This document shows positions 51,425-64,000 of a stretch of 64,000 nt of DNA, piece after piece (positions within the stretch are counted from its first letter, which is position 1; every line of letters starts with the position of its first letter). The notes beneath the pieces are model-generated. The model ran no database searches, was not told where the DNA came from, and saw only the letters and a program-made list of their open reading frames with translations. Both the position numbers and the translations under genes were made by a program. The DNA is from Mytilus californianus (taxonomy: Eukaryota): the NCBI RefSeq assembly GCF_021869535.1, contig NW_026262690.1, positions 117,986,001-118,050,000 of the forward strand. Direction: 5' to 3'.

Positions 51425-53590
51425 ATTAAACGTATTCCAAGGGACTCTAATCTCCAAAACCTTTCAATATCATGATCCTCTCCTTCATGACTTGTTAATA
51501 CATGCATCATGTGTAAATTGCGTTGTTGTCTTGCACATGAAGTAAGTGGTCCAGACAACAAATATCCTATTTTTGAGCTCATCGCTGTCGGTCCGTCGCC
51601 TCGAACTATATTGTCCTTAATTACATCCCAGTAGTTGTCTGCTCCAATGAGTAAAGAAAGGTCAAAGGTATTATCCTCTGACAAGGGGTGGGCTAGTTTA
51701 AGTCCCTTCAAATACTGTAGTTTCTGTGAAATGTACCTGCGATTATTCTGGATCGGCGCTGCTATGGTAGGTACAATCAATACCTGTAAAGGTATTTTCT
51801 CTCCTGAGGCTGCCTCTAAGTATACTGTGGCTTTGTTCATGTGGCGAACATTCTAGTCTGAATCTCCAAAGGCGGATATGTTGATGGTTTCCTTTCTGTC
51901 TGGCTTGACTTTCAACTTGTCGGCTAATTCCTGTGCTATAAAGGATTGTTGAGCTCCTTCGTCAAAAAGTATGTTAGCGTCGGCGCACTGACTCTGTGAC
52001 CATATAAGAGCTATTGTGGTTTTCAAGAAGACGGTGGAATTTTGTTGAATAGCAGCTGAATGCATGATCGGCGTGCTATTTTCTCTATCACTAGTATGCT
52101 TACTCTGTGATTGCTGATCGGACGATTCTTTGCACAAACTTGTGTGGTGCTTACAGTTACATTTACGACAGGTGTTTTTCGATCCACACTCTGATATCTT
52201 ATGGTTACCCAAACAATTGAAACATAGATGTCTCTTCTTTACTATCATCATTCTTAATGTGCTATCTGTGTATTTTTTACAATCTGCAGAGAAATGATGA
52301 TCATTGCAATAAATGCACCTTTTACTTTGGAAATAGTTGTCAGTTTTTGGTATATTTGGGTTCGTTCTCATACTTATTCCTGCATGAAAACTTGCGGTTG
52401 GGATCACATTTTCTGCTGTCTCATTAGTACTGGCTTCTTGAATAGATATTTCTCTTTGTATTGCCTGTCTAAGATTTCCAAGTGTCCAGTCATCGTTTCC
52501 GTTTTCTCTTGTTATGTTACTTTTTACGGTAATAGGGAGCTTACCAAGAATAACTGGGATCAACAGGGAACCATACGTATCTTGGCACTGTCCTAAAGAT
52601 TCCAATCCACAGTTATAGACCTCTGACTTATCAGAAAAATTACGGAGACTATCTAATGTGCATGAGGGTGCTGGCAGATCTAAAAGTGCTTTCATATATG
52701 CGTTCACAATTTTATGTGTTTTCCCAAAGCGATTTACTAATAATTCTACGGCTTTGTGGTAATTTGCACTTGACAAGTTCAAACCATTTATGACATTCAT
52801 AGCGTCTGCATCAAGAAGTGACTGTAGGTAGGTGAATTTCTGTACATCAGTTAGAGTATGATTACTGTGAATGGTGGTTTCAAACGACTCCCAAAAGTAT
52901 TGCCACTCAAGAATATCCCCAGAAAAAGTAGGTAAGGTAAGCTTCGGCAAGTGGTGGTTTTGACTTGACAGTGAACTAGTTTGTGACGAAAATCTTGGGA
53001 TGAATTCTGTGTTCATTACAGGACGGGTTTCGGGATTGACTTCATGTATGTTCATGATTGGGCGTGTGCTTGGGATACTTTCATGAGATAATTCTGTACA
53101 TGTACGTGTAATTTTTTGTGCTTACTTCTTATAACGGCGTAAATGTGTTTCAAGTTCTAAATTATACTCATCTGCATCTGTGATTTCAACTTCTATATCT
53201 TCTTCCGAGGTATTTTCCAAGATCTGTTCATCCAGTTTAAGAATAACACTTTGTTTTTTCACTATAGCATCAATAATTGGACCTGCAATATCAATATCCA
53301 TCTCCGAATCAGTGTTCAACTCATCTAGTTTCTTGAAGAATTTCGTGACGGCGGCTCTATTTCATGCTCGAATAGACTTGATTCTCGTCGAATCCATCTT
53401 TTATCCTGGTCTCGGTACCAATCTCGTGATCGTATAATTGTAGAATGCATTGTGTTATGAAGTGAGAAAAAGACGTCTATACAAATGAATGATTTAATGC
53501 TGGAATACAATGACGTTAACGCATAGCAACCATGACGTTACATATAGATAGCTCTAACGCGTATAAGCACACATATGATTCCCGCCGTAC
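51425..53590 (-). mobile_element. BEL/Pao LTR retrotransposon remnant (LTR stub, PBS, gag, protease)
   Basis: PBS TGGTACCGAGACCAGGAT at 53420-53403; gag ATG at 53397; LPKLTLPTFSGDILEWQYFWESF (DUF1759-like), three Cys/His knuckles, protease ILFDEGAQQSFI, LLIGADNYW and GYLLSGP; two in-frame stops and a frameshift; truncated before RT. Confidence 0.93.
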
Positions 53591-54712
53591 TGTGATAGTC
53601 TCTATTTATCAACGACAGACCAATGAACCATGAAAATTAAGGTCAAGGTCAGATGAACCTTGCCAGACTGACATGTACACCTTACAAACAATTTTTATAC
53701 ACCAAATATAGTTAACCTATTGATTATATTATCTGAGAAACAGACCGTACCATGAAAACTTAAGACTGACCAATGAACCAAGAAAATGAGATCAAGGTCA
53801 GTTGAACCCTGCCAGATAAAATGTAGACCTTACAATAACTTTGTTGGTTTGTATGGCTTTATGCACTTCAGCATCACAAAACTAATAATATTTTATTATA
53901 AAATTTTAAAAATGTTCACACAATACACGTAAATGGACAACAATTTGTATGTTAGCACTAAAACATATAAATAAAATCATGTATATAAAAAAAGTAAAAC
54001 AATACAACCTTTTTTTTTAAATAAAAAACATGTACAACCTGAATTCAATAAGTAAGCAAAATATTCATAAGTCTTTGTCTTATGTTATTGAAAATGCTGC
54101 GTAATTGTAAAGCTTTTCATACATTAAAGTACAAGCTTAACTGCCAAATACAGTGAAAAGCAAAAATATACCTACCACACATGCTGTCAGAAAAAAAAAA
54201 AAAAATAAACTTAACTTTACGTAGTTTCTTTTAGATTATGAAATTCATAACTATTGAATGATGAAACATTCATAAAGGTTCAGAGAACCCGGTTTCTAGT
54301 CTAGCTAGTATTTATCCAGATATTGTTTGTTGATCATGAAGGTTTGACAAAGTTATTGATGGTTAAAAAGAAATTCAACCACAGACTGAACCTAAATTTT
54401 AACACCTTAGACACCAAGGACAGACTGTATGATTACTATGTCTCCCTTCTGTGACAAATTGTTGTATGTTTGACAAAAATGTTTTGAGTTAGTTTCATTT
54501 GTTTACAAAAATTGAATGTTCAAAAACCATTATTAACTTAAGATTTGATCTTGACTACTAAAGTTACTAGACCATGAATCATCTTTCCAGTTGTCTGTCA
54601 CTGGGTTGCTGTCTTTTTGATGTTTACACCACATCTTCTTCTATTCATGATTGAATATGTGTTTCTCATGTTTTCAACTCTTACTTTATATTTTCTAAGC
54701 CCCATTGCTTTT

Positions 54713-57700
54713 TTAGGCAATGCACTGAAACAATTTTTGTCCCTATATCTCTCATTATTTTTTTAAACACATCTTCCATACACTTCTTGTAAAATATTTT
54801 GACATTTTGTGCATATTTAATACTTTTTCATACAGTTCAGCATATATATGAAAATCAAGAGACATTGTTATTTGTCAAAAATTCTAATTTCTAAAATACT
54901 AGAACCTAAAAAAATTCCAAAAATCCAAAAAACAACAAAACAACAAAACAAAAAACAAACACACACACACACCTTTCTTGATTTTTGTTTAATTTTAATG
55001 TATTATACATTAGCTGTTGAAAAAGACTTCATTTTTAAAATGATTAATTTAGAATCTTAGCCCGGAACATCCTTAATCATAAATCTGCTCATTTTATAAA
55101 TCTTTTTAAGTTGAGAGATTGTACTAAAGGCTTTAATATTCATACTGACCTTACTGGAGCCCATCATTTTAGGGCCATCCCAAAATTGTCTGGTTTTGGG
55201 GGCTGGGTACTCAAATTTATCAATTGTGGAGGTAAAATTTTTCTTAGAATTTTTTAAGAATTATTAGTAAAATGGAAATTTTATATTAGGGGTGGTTAGG
55301 GCTATTCCATTAAAATGTATGTGGGAGGGTAGGAAGGGACTTTCAAAATATCCCTACAACCAAGAACCATTTTTTAGATAATTTTGCATAATGGTAATAG
55401 ACGCATACTGAAAAAAGACCCATGACCCACATTCAATAATTAAACTTCCCTTCCTACCCTCCCACATACATTTTAATGGAATAGCCCTTAGGGCCCAAAA
55501 AAAGGTGACTCATATGCCCCCAATGTGTTTAATTCTAGAAGAGCCCTTAGTTAATCTTTTGAATGGTTTTTAGATATTAACTGATAAAATAAGACAAATT
55601 ACAGATGTTTAGATTGAGTTTTGTGAGGATCTTTCAATATAATAACCAACAGCATATTTTGAATACAACATAAAAATGGATCTATTGTTCTGGCAATTTT
55701 GAATTCCTACATACATCAGATATTTTTGCTAAAGCTGCTTTACAACTATTGTCATCTTTGGCACAACAGGAGATAACATGAAGATATGGTGAACTTGGGA
55801 AGTTTGTAGTCTTCTCTATTGCTTCTGCTTTCTCACCTAAAAATATAAATTCTAGAAGAATAAATTTTTAAGAGCTGAATTTTATGGTAAAATTGTGACT
55901 TAATAACATGTGGTCATCATCACAGTTTATTACATAATATAAGAACCAAACGGAACTTCTCGGGAATCCTGCACAGAATGTATGGATAAATGTTTTTGTA
56001 AGAAATCATACACAAAACATAGCTATCGAAACTGATTTTCATAATTATATAGTTTTAATAAAAAGCCATTTTTGATAACCTTATAAAATCCTTGTTATTT
56101 TTTCATAGTTTTTAAAAGAAAAAAGGTGACAATGTTAAATGTATGAAAATTCTAGAGAGAATCATTTCCTGCCAAATTTTTAATGGCTTTATATATCTCA
56201 AAAACAAGGATATGGATTTTTCACTTTTTTCAGCTTTTTTAGTTTCCATTATTTATATACTATCAATTTGTAACCGTTTTTAAAAAAAACTTGTTACAGC
56301 AGCCAGCATGCTTAATTTCATCAAACTGTCAATCACTGAAATCGCCATCTGATTCATAGTAAGGATGAACAAGGTTTGACACATCAAAATAAGGTCTATG
56401 TAGTGTTAAAAGCAATTAAGATTTTTGGCAAAAAATGCACTGAAAGAAAACATTTTCATAACTTTATAAAGTAAATTTTCTTTGAAATTTGGCATATTGC
56501 AAGGTGGTTGAATGTATGTTAAAAACAGCGCTGATTGTTTTTCTTCATCCTTACTAATACTTTCACAAATCAATGAAAGATGTTTGTACTTCACTTTTCT
56601 GTAATGCCTATAACTCAAATTATTAACTTTTGAATTTCCAACAGCTTGGGATCCATCTTTCAAGATTCAAGATTCAAGATTCTTTATTTCTCAAACACTA
56701 TGCATATAGTTACAATGGTACAAAGAAGTTCATCAAAAGTTATAACATAACATAAACACACATGACAAGATGAGAAGAAAAAATAAAATAAAACAAAATA
56801 ACACAGTACTGGCAAAGAGTGGTGATTAACCAGGAAGACTTGCTTGAAAAGTTATAACCCTGATAAATTTGCACAGCTTTTTTAACTTATTTTTTAATTT
56901 TAACTGAAATAGTTTTCCAAACTTTAGTATATTACTTCTGTGCAAGAAAAAAAGTATCCAAATATTGTGCTCGAAAGTTTGTCAAAGAACTACATTGCAA
57001 AATGTAATGTAATTCATCCCCAATCTTTCTGACCTACTGTAATTAATGAAATCTTGGGCATCCAGACTTTGCCTCAACTTCTTAAACAAATTTGTATTGG
57101 ACAGAAGTAGTTAACTCATATAACTTTGATTGCTTTTTATATTTGGTGTTTCAAATGGGCATGATTTACAGTTTCTAATCAATACTCCCATAAAACCATA
57201 TTGAGTTGGCATAAAACTGGTTTATCCCCTCAACATATAAACCTTTTTTAAGCCAGGAATCAAAGCAGTACCAGCTGTTATTTTTATTTTGCGTCCCATT
57301 GAGAATTTGGTGTTGAGATCAGATCTTCAGTTTAATAGTGTTTACTCCATTCACAAATTTCTAGGCTTTGAATGATTGGGTCCTATGACTGCTTACCCTA
57401 TAGTGAAGATTCTTGACAAAATACTTCTAACCATGTAGTGACTATATCACTCATGGTCTATTTTTGGTTTACTTGGGTCGTTGGATAGCTGAATCATTAT
57501 CAAAGTTAATCCAACATTTTTACAGTTATATTTACATTACACATTTGTTGAATTTTTATGCATTCACCTTAATACAAAAACTATTTTTCAAATATAAAAA
57601 AAATTATATTAAATATGATAATAAAAGTGACTTAAAATGATTCAAATTAGTTTGTGTGGTTATAACTACATATATACCTACCAGCTATGTCAGATTTATT

Positions 57701-59996
57701 GAATATAAGTACACATGGAATGTCATCTAAATCCCTTTCCTGTTGAATGGAGGTGACATCTTCCCTCAGTGATCTCATAACGTCTTTGTCACTGCTGTCT
57801 ACAACTATAACTAGCACTGCAAAAAAAGGTGGAGTAAATATGAATTAGATAAGATGTGGGGTATACAGAAATGAGACAGCATCCCAACAATACAAATATT
57901 TTAAATTCAGAAATTAATGTGTCCATTTATTATTGGGAATCACTGATTCATGGTAAAAAAAAATTCTAACTAATGTAATTGCAAAAATATTGTGAAGAAA
58001 AATCACTACTGAAATTATGAATGCAAGATTTATTATTGTGAACCTGATACTGATGCATTTAAATTATAACATAAATAAAAAGGTCACAATAATTTCTGAA
58101 TTAACAGCTACTAAAAGACATCAAGAGGTCAACATATATACCTATATGCCAAGCACTAAATTGTTCAGTCTATAAAATTTGTGAATAAATTAAATAAAAA
58201 TTATCAAAGGTCTGCCATCATACATACATCTAGAGACCGAAAAGCAGTTTTCTTTGTTTCTTGCTTCATGTTGATTGCAGATCTTTAGTATAGGTCTTGT
58301 TAAAATAATTCACAACTTGTCTAGAAAATGTGTGATTTATAGAGTCTGACATATGGTGTATATATATACTAGAACACACCCACGAAATCGTGGGTCTGTG
58401 ACCATGGTGACTGAATTAAAATACCTATGCCTTATTTCTAGCCTGGATTTTTAGTATTGTATTGTCATCTAATAAAATCATACTGATTGTAAGGTGCCCA
58501 GTTTTCTCACCTTTCAAAATCTTTCTGTTTGAACCCGTCCTGGGTAAAATTCTTACTACAATAAACTAAATTTATTTTTTTAACTAAATAACTAAAATTA
58601 ATAGTGGTATTGAGGTGGAAGAATACAGACTTGTTAAATAGTGTACTATAGTGTAACATAGATGAAAAACAACTATTGGAAGAATTTCATGTTCTCCTGA
58701 TAAGAGTTTTTATTATTGCGATACCCATCCAGTCGCATTCACATTAATAAAAACCTGGCAATAATTTCTGAATTTACAGTATAGACACGAGTTAATGATT
58801 GTTATTTTATTTGATGTAGTCCTGATAAACTCATTCTAAACTTGTATAGAATCAATACAAGTTTGAGCATTTCATTTGGTGTAGATGGTATTTTTACATC
58901 TACCAGACAAGAGTTTACTTACAATATATGGTGAACTTGGTCTTTAGATGTCTTTTTTTTTAAAATCTTTTATCATATACATGTAAGAGTACAGTAAGAT
59001 CATGCTCCTTTAAACCAGAAGAAATACATTTACTTCAAATAATAGTATTTGGGTAATGGAAATTCTTCATAGTTGAATTTGATAAAATTTTACACAAAGC
59101 AGCAAAAAATTTTGTTTTAAAATGAGTCCCCTTTGCCTTTGCTACTTAATTCACATTAAAATTCAATGTTATTAAAGAAATAACTAATCTGGTTATTTGT
59201 GAAGTAATGTGTTGTTTCAATCACTCTATGAATATTTTTTTACATTTAAATGTTTGGGATTAGTTGTTCTTTAAATATCAGCATTTATTACAACTCCCCA
59301 ACATCAAGAAATATTATTTTAAGACAAATATCATTGCCGCTATCCCCTCTCATCCTGCAGGCATATAATCAGTGTAAGTATCATTCATTATCAATCATGA
59401 TGTGAATAAATACCATTTGTTCCATGGTAAAACTGTCTCCATCTTGGATGGTAATTGGGAGCACCACTAAGATCCCATATTATGTAGATTTGTCCATTAT
59501 ATTCAATCTTTTCAACATTAAAATCCTCTGTAGGTATTGGTTTAATGACAGAATCACATCCTAGCTTCCAAGCATACAGTAAGCTTGTTTTACCTGTGAA
59601 TAAAAAAAATTATATATTAATATTTATATAAAGTTTTATTATCAAAAATTGATTTCTTTGTGCAAAAATCAATGAATCAACATGCAAACAATTCAAAGAA
59701 CCAAAACTGCAAACTCTCCCATTCAAAGAATCAGTGACAAGTGTTTCTTTTTCCTTGTCTTTGCAGGTTTCTGTCACAGGCACTTGGGTGATTGGACCTC
59801 CCTTTTTCTGCAATTTTTGTGTGTGCGTTTTATTTCTAGTAAATATTTCTTAATAGTTTATCTAACTAAATGTGTTATTGCTCTTATCCATACTATTTTA
59901 CAATAATTTTAGTTTGTGTATGAAACCCCCATATTTTTATTTTCCATGTAAGGAATATCTACTAAAAAAAATAGATATTCCTTACGTGGAAAATAC

Positions 59997-60042
<46 letters not shown>

Positions 60043-60690
60043 GGGCCTGATGGGTTATTTTCGTTCTTCGTGATTGGCACATTTTCACTAGCGTGATCCG
60101 TTTTTCTACAGATTTTTTTTTTTTTTTATATTTTCGTGATCCGTGATCATTGAAATTTATTTTCCATGAATCATGATTGACAAAAAAATCAACTCGTGAA
60201 TCGTGATGAGACCCCCCCATCAGGCCCCTCATATATAATATAAATGCCTAAGAATGTAACTTTAACACATGAATGAGTGTTATAAAAATAGTTTTTATAT
60301 TTTGTATATTCATGCAATATTTCGCTAAACAAATGAGCTTAATAAGGTGTGTGCAGCCGTCCAGGTAAAAACCGGATGCTTTAAAGAAATGTTTGCAGCT
60401 TATTGTACATGTCTTTTAAATATATTTTTGCAGCTTATTGTACATTGCGATTCTTAAATCAAAACAAATAATTGTGTTAGTTAAAAAGCAAGAAGTTCAA
60501 GATTTACTTCTTTGGTTTTGGATAAATCTATATATATATATATATAAAAAGGGGGGTCCTACATGTAGCTCTATAAAGATGACTCATATTAATTTTTCAT
60601 TGTACCTGCACCGCTTTTCCCGAGCAACAATACTTTTTGTGGAAAGTCTATGACATTGTTTATATCAGGTCTTGTGCATGCCAGTCCCAT
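54713..60690 (-). CDS. Divergent ADP-ribosylation factor-like small GTPase (~177 aa)
   Basis: Exons 60690-60606 (MGLAC...LLLGKSGA), 59593-59414 (GKTSLL...PTEDFNVE...WDLSGAP..W), 57816-57682 (VIVVDSSD...LIFNKSD), 55836-55715 (SCCAK). Tentative last exon 54724-54713 (CIA*); alternatively read-through into the intron. Phases are compatible. No orthologue name assigned. Confidence 0.88.
55299..55487. mobile_element. PIF/Harbinger-type MITE with perfect 41-bp TIRs and TTA TSD
   Basis: GGGCTATTCCATTAAAATGTATGTGGGAGGGTAGGAAGGGA at 55299-55339 and its exact reverse complement at 55447-55487; TTA on both flanks. Confidence 0.9.
56660..57300 (-). mobile_element. 5'-truncated LINE 3' end
   Basis: KIGDELHYILQC...FRAQYL C-terminal motif of non-LTR ORF2; AATAAA then a (GAATCTT)n tail at 56690-56660. 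Confidence 0.75.
59999..60039. repeat. (TA)n microsatellite
   Basis: About 20 TA units; a shorter tract lies at about 32768-32791. Confidence 0.95.
60040..60230. mobile_element. GAG...CTC-ended MITE (Sola-like ends)
   Basis: Perfect 15-bp TIRs GAGGGGCCTGATGGG / CCCATCAGGCCCCTC, with ATAT on both flanks. Confidence 0.8.
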
Positions 60691-61214
60691 CTACATTATA
60701 ATGTCACTAAATTTTATATGTTTCCCAAATATTCAACTTCTGATTGTTTATGTTGGAGACGCAAGGGAGATAACCAGGAGATGAAAATATTACTTAAAAC
60801 CCAAAAGGATATTTTTAATAAAGACGAATAGCCACGGTCATGGAAAGTCATGTAAAATCTATGAACAGGTAATTTACCCTTCCGGAGCACCTGAGATCAC
60901 CCCCAGTTTTTGTCTCAGGGCAACATGGGATTTTGGGTACAGTTGTGCAGCTGGGATTTAAAAAACACCCCCCATTCATATATTGAATAATTGTGAAATC
61001 CCTATCTATACATATATTTCACAGCGAAATCATAACCCATTCATATATTTATCAGCTCAAATAGTACCTAAATATAATATCACAATTGGTCAATTTCTAC
61101 CTATTGATATATTTCCTCAATAAAATTGCACCCCATTGATATATTTGACGTATCAAAAAAGGGACCCATTCCAGCGGCACATATGTATATACCTTCATAT
61201 AGGAAGAGACCCCC

Positions 61215-61560
61215 CGTGGCTTCCTCCACCTCATTTTTAGTCTTATACGTCGAATTTGACATAAGCCGTGATCTCAGTATCAGAATCTATGACAAACGAG
61301 ACGATTTTAATTTTGAAATTATCACCTTAGTAGCAATATCCCAACTTCACCTGCATATGGGATATACATTTCCCAACTCATTCGGTATTCAAGAGCTTGC
61401 AGCTGCTACTCAGACTTTATAAAACGTCACCAGTGTCCGAGCAGAAAGTTGATGAACCAGGGTTATGTGAAAGAACGTCTCGTCCTTTTTCTAAAAAAGT
61501 TCATCGGAAGATACCAAGACCTTGTTGATAAATATTCCGCATCAACTCCACAAATAATAC
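61215..61560 (+). pseudogene. Penelope-like retroelement RT C-terminal fragment
   Basis: RIYDKRDDFNFEI, SNIPTSPAYGIYISQLIRYSRAC and KLMNQGY...KKFIGRY across a frameshift/deletion. Confidence 0.7.
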
Positions 61561-62444
61561 ATGATGGTCTTGAGGTATAGATTCTAGGTACTGATGTTGT
61601 TTATCATCTTAATTACGTTTATTTGTCTTTGTAAATTATTAACCTGTTTAGTTCATTTTTGATAATATCCTTTTGGCGTGGCTCGGTACTTATACATCCC
61701 GCCATTGTGTTGTTGTGCTATGGTCATTTTTTGCAATCTTGTCTTTCATTTTTGCTTATGTGCTTTGTCTATATGCCATTTTGTTTTTCTTTTATGACAT
61801 ATTTGTTTGTTTTTATAGTGATTAAGATTATAACACAATTTTGACTGCTGTATCCCTATTTTTGACATTTTTACCTATTATGTCTGTTTGTTTTGTTCAC
61901 ACATTGTTGTCAATATTATCGACTGTCATACAAGTAAGAGGTTTAGCTAGCTATAAAACCAGGTTTAATCCACCATTTTCTACATAAGGAAATGCCTGTA
62001 CCAAGTCAGAAATACGACAGTTGTTTTCCATTCGTTTGATGTGTTTGAGCTTTTAATTTTGACCGTTTCCGTTTTGAATTTTCCATGGAGTTCGGTATTT
62101 TTGTTATTCAGTTACTTTTTATCCGTTTTCAAAAGTGTGAATCAGCTTTTAGGGAAAAAATAAGACTATTTTTAATTCCAAAACAAAAGAAATTATTGTA
62201 GAAAACAGGGATGTTCTTGGAAAAAGTTGTTGAAAGAGCGAAAGGAACGTCAGGGAAGGAAAATTAACACTAGAGAAGAAAGAGTTACAAAAGGGAATAG
62301 TATTAATAAAAAAATGTCCTATTTATCTTCAGATTTTAAGCACTTTTTAAATGTAATTCTTATAATTGTCAAAAATAGAAATAGCAGTTTCATTTAGTAA
62401 TATATTATTTATATTATATATCAAAGTAGTACAAACAGAAGAAG

Positions 62445-63620
62445 CTTAGTATACCCTACTCGACAAGGATGCGTTGGGTATTACGTTTTTGACCCGTCCG
62501 TCAGTCCGTCAATCCTTTTCTTGTCATCGCAACAGCTCTGAAAAAGTAAAATAACAAAAATACCGTACTTCAAGGAAAATTCAAAACGGAAAGTCCTTTA
62601 TCAAACGATAAAATCAAAAGCTCAAACACATTAAACGAATGGAAAACAACTGTCATATTCCTGACTTGGTACAGGCATAACAAAATTTCATGAAACTTTG
62701 TACATAATAAGGACATACTATATAGATGTGCATTTCGACAGGAAATTAGGATTCTATTTTTTTTTATAAGTTATGCCCCTTTGAACTTAGAATTTTGGCC
62801 TAAATATACTACTGCAACAGTTTGTCATCATGCACAACTCCTTTGAAATCACACATTGTAGATAATAAGATTGATTGATTGATTGTTGGTTGCCAAACGT
62901 CCAGTGGCAACTATTTCATGCATGTTCAGGACGAGAACAAATTAACAATACAAACAATAGGAAGGTCCTGTAATAGAGGCCGTTCGGGATGAAGGTTGGG
63001 GAAATTTAGACTGCCACAGGAAAATGAGGGTATATTGAATGTGGACAGAAATTTAGCCTTGCAACAGGCCAACTACGGACCCCTCAAAGAATTGTTACAA
63101 GGGATCTTGACGTACACAGAGCGTGGCACTCTCTCTACACTAGGCATCGAATTTGACATTCCTATTCTTACCGTACGTGGCTGCGTACTTTTATCCCGCA
63201 CAGCCAAACGAACGCCCCACATTGGCAAGGGTTTTGCTGCTGGTCGGAAGAAGACCTGTAGTAACCATATTTCTATTCCCCATTCTACCTTGGGGTGTAG
63301 ATAATAAGGACATACTACCTAGATGTGCATATCGACAGGAAATTAGGATTCAATTCTTTTTCTGGAAGTTATGCCTCTTTGAACTTAGAATTTTGATCTA
63401 AATATAATACTACAACAGTTTGTCATAGCAACTTCTCTGAAACCTACAACAGAATTTCATGAAACTTTGTAGATAATTAGGACATACTATGCAGAAATTA
63501 TGATTCAATGTTTTTTTCTAGGAGTAATGCCCTTTTGAATTTAGAATTTTGGCAATAATATACTACAAACAGTTTGCCATCGCAACCCCTCTGAAACCAC
63601 ACAACAGAATATACAAGCCA
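62445..63620 (+). mobile_element. Helentron-type host element with internal repeats and nested insertions
   Basis: 5' TATACCCTAC...GGGTATTA with (GTCC)n; repeated AGAATTTCATGAAACTTTGT..ATAAGGACATACT..TTTGAACTTAGAATTTT units interrupted at 62540-62678 and 62870-63295. Confidence 0.7.
62870..63295 (-). mobile_element. 5'-truncated SINE-like insertion with 13-bp TSD
   Basis: TGTAGATAATAAG at 62857-62869 and 63296-63308; (CAAT)n tail at the minus-strand 3' end. Confidence 0.88.
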
Positions 63621-64000
63621 AGTGAAAACATTGGGCAACCGCATGAACCCCACAAGAAGAGAAACCGGGTTCGTTGATAGGGTATGCGTCTCCTGCTATG
63701 CTACAGCTAAATTCACCATCCAGCGTCATGCGAATCCAGGCAGCCAAAATATAATGATAGGGACAGGACACAATCGCGCTTAATTTAAAGATCAGACGGC
63801 TATACTAGTATAGTCTTTGAGATATTAGGCAAAACTTTTACCCGTGTTTTATTATTAGCGACAGCGACCTTTTTCTGTTAATGGATTAAATCTCCAGATG
63901 TGCTTTTTAAACTATATTCCCTAATGAACATTCAGGTCAAGTTTGGCAAAGTTGTTTTAGAGAAGATTAAAAAAAAGTTTACTAAGACGGACGAATGACG

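Noticed and set aside
53383-53397. In-frame TGA near the BEL gag start as selenocysteine or programmed read-through
   Set aside because: The element has other stops and a frameshift, and no SECIS was seen; simple decay explains it.
56406-56663. 85-aa minus-strand ORF as an extra exon of the Arf-like gene
   Set aside because: Flanking exons already join in phase to give a complete G domain; the ORF abuts a LINE tail and has no homology I recognise.
59610-59845. Apparent first exon of the Arf-like gene (RVCSFGSLNC resembling a P-loop start)
   Set aside because: Only weak donors and a broken GxxxxGK spacing; 60690-60606 supplies a proper MG start, P-loop and phase-1 donor.
60800-60812. Additional U12 donors (ATATCCTT here and near 23135 and 45875)
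   Set aside because: Antisense to the host gene, or lacking a downstream CCTTAAC branch site and exon context.
63541-63771. 76-aa minus-strand ORF or 5' UTR exon of the Arf-like gene
   Set aside because: Overlaps repeat-derived DNA; no convincing donor or homology.

Overview
AT-rich eukaryotic, intron-containing DNA; the repeat content suggests a bivalve, most likely a Mytilus mussel (inference). Four protein-coding genes were reconstructed by hand. (1) The first two coding exons of a paired-class Prop homeobox gene (minus, 5499-7968; the last exon lies outside the window). (2) A complete 15-coding-exon SETD3 actin-histidine methyltransferase (minus, 20728-33853, 511 aa). (3) A complete 8-exon cyclin K (plus, 39346-48092, 526 aa), head-to-head with SETD3 as in human. 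(4) A divergent Arf-family GTPase lacking the catalytic Gln (minus, about 54713-60690). SETD3 and CCNK each carry a minor-spliceosome (U12) intron, and the SETD3 one has rare AT-AG ends. Two consecutive SETD3 5' splice sites are tandemly duplicated. Introns and intergenic DNA hold decayed Gypsy, BEL/Pao, LINE and Penelope-like fragments, SINEs, MITEs, Helentron-type elements with internal satellite arrays, and two families of hammerhead-ribozyme repeats (retrozyme-like), one copy being longer than unit length. Most short ORFs in the supplied track are spurious.
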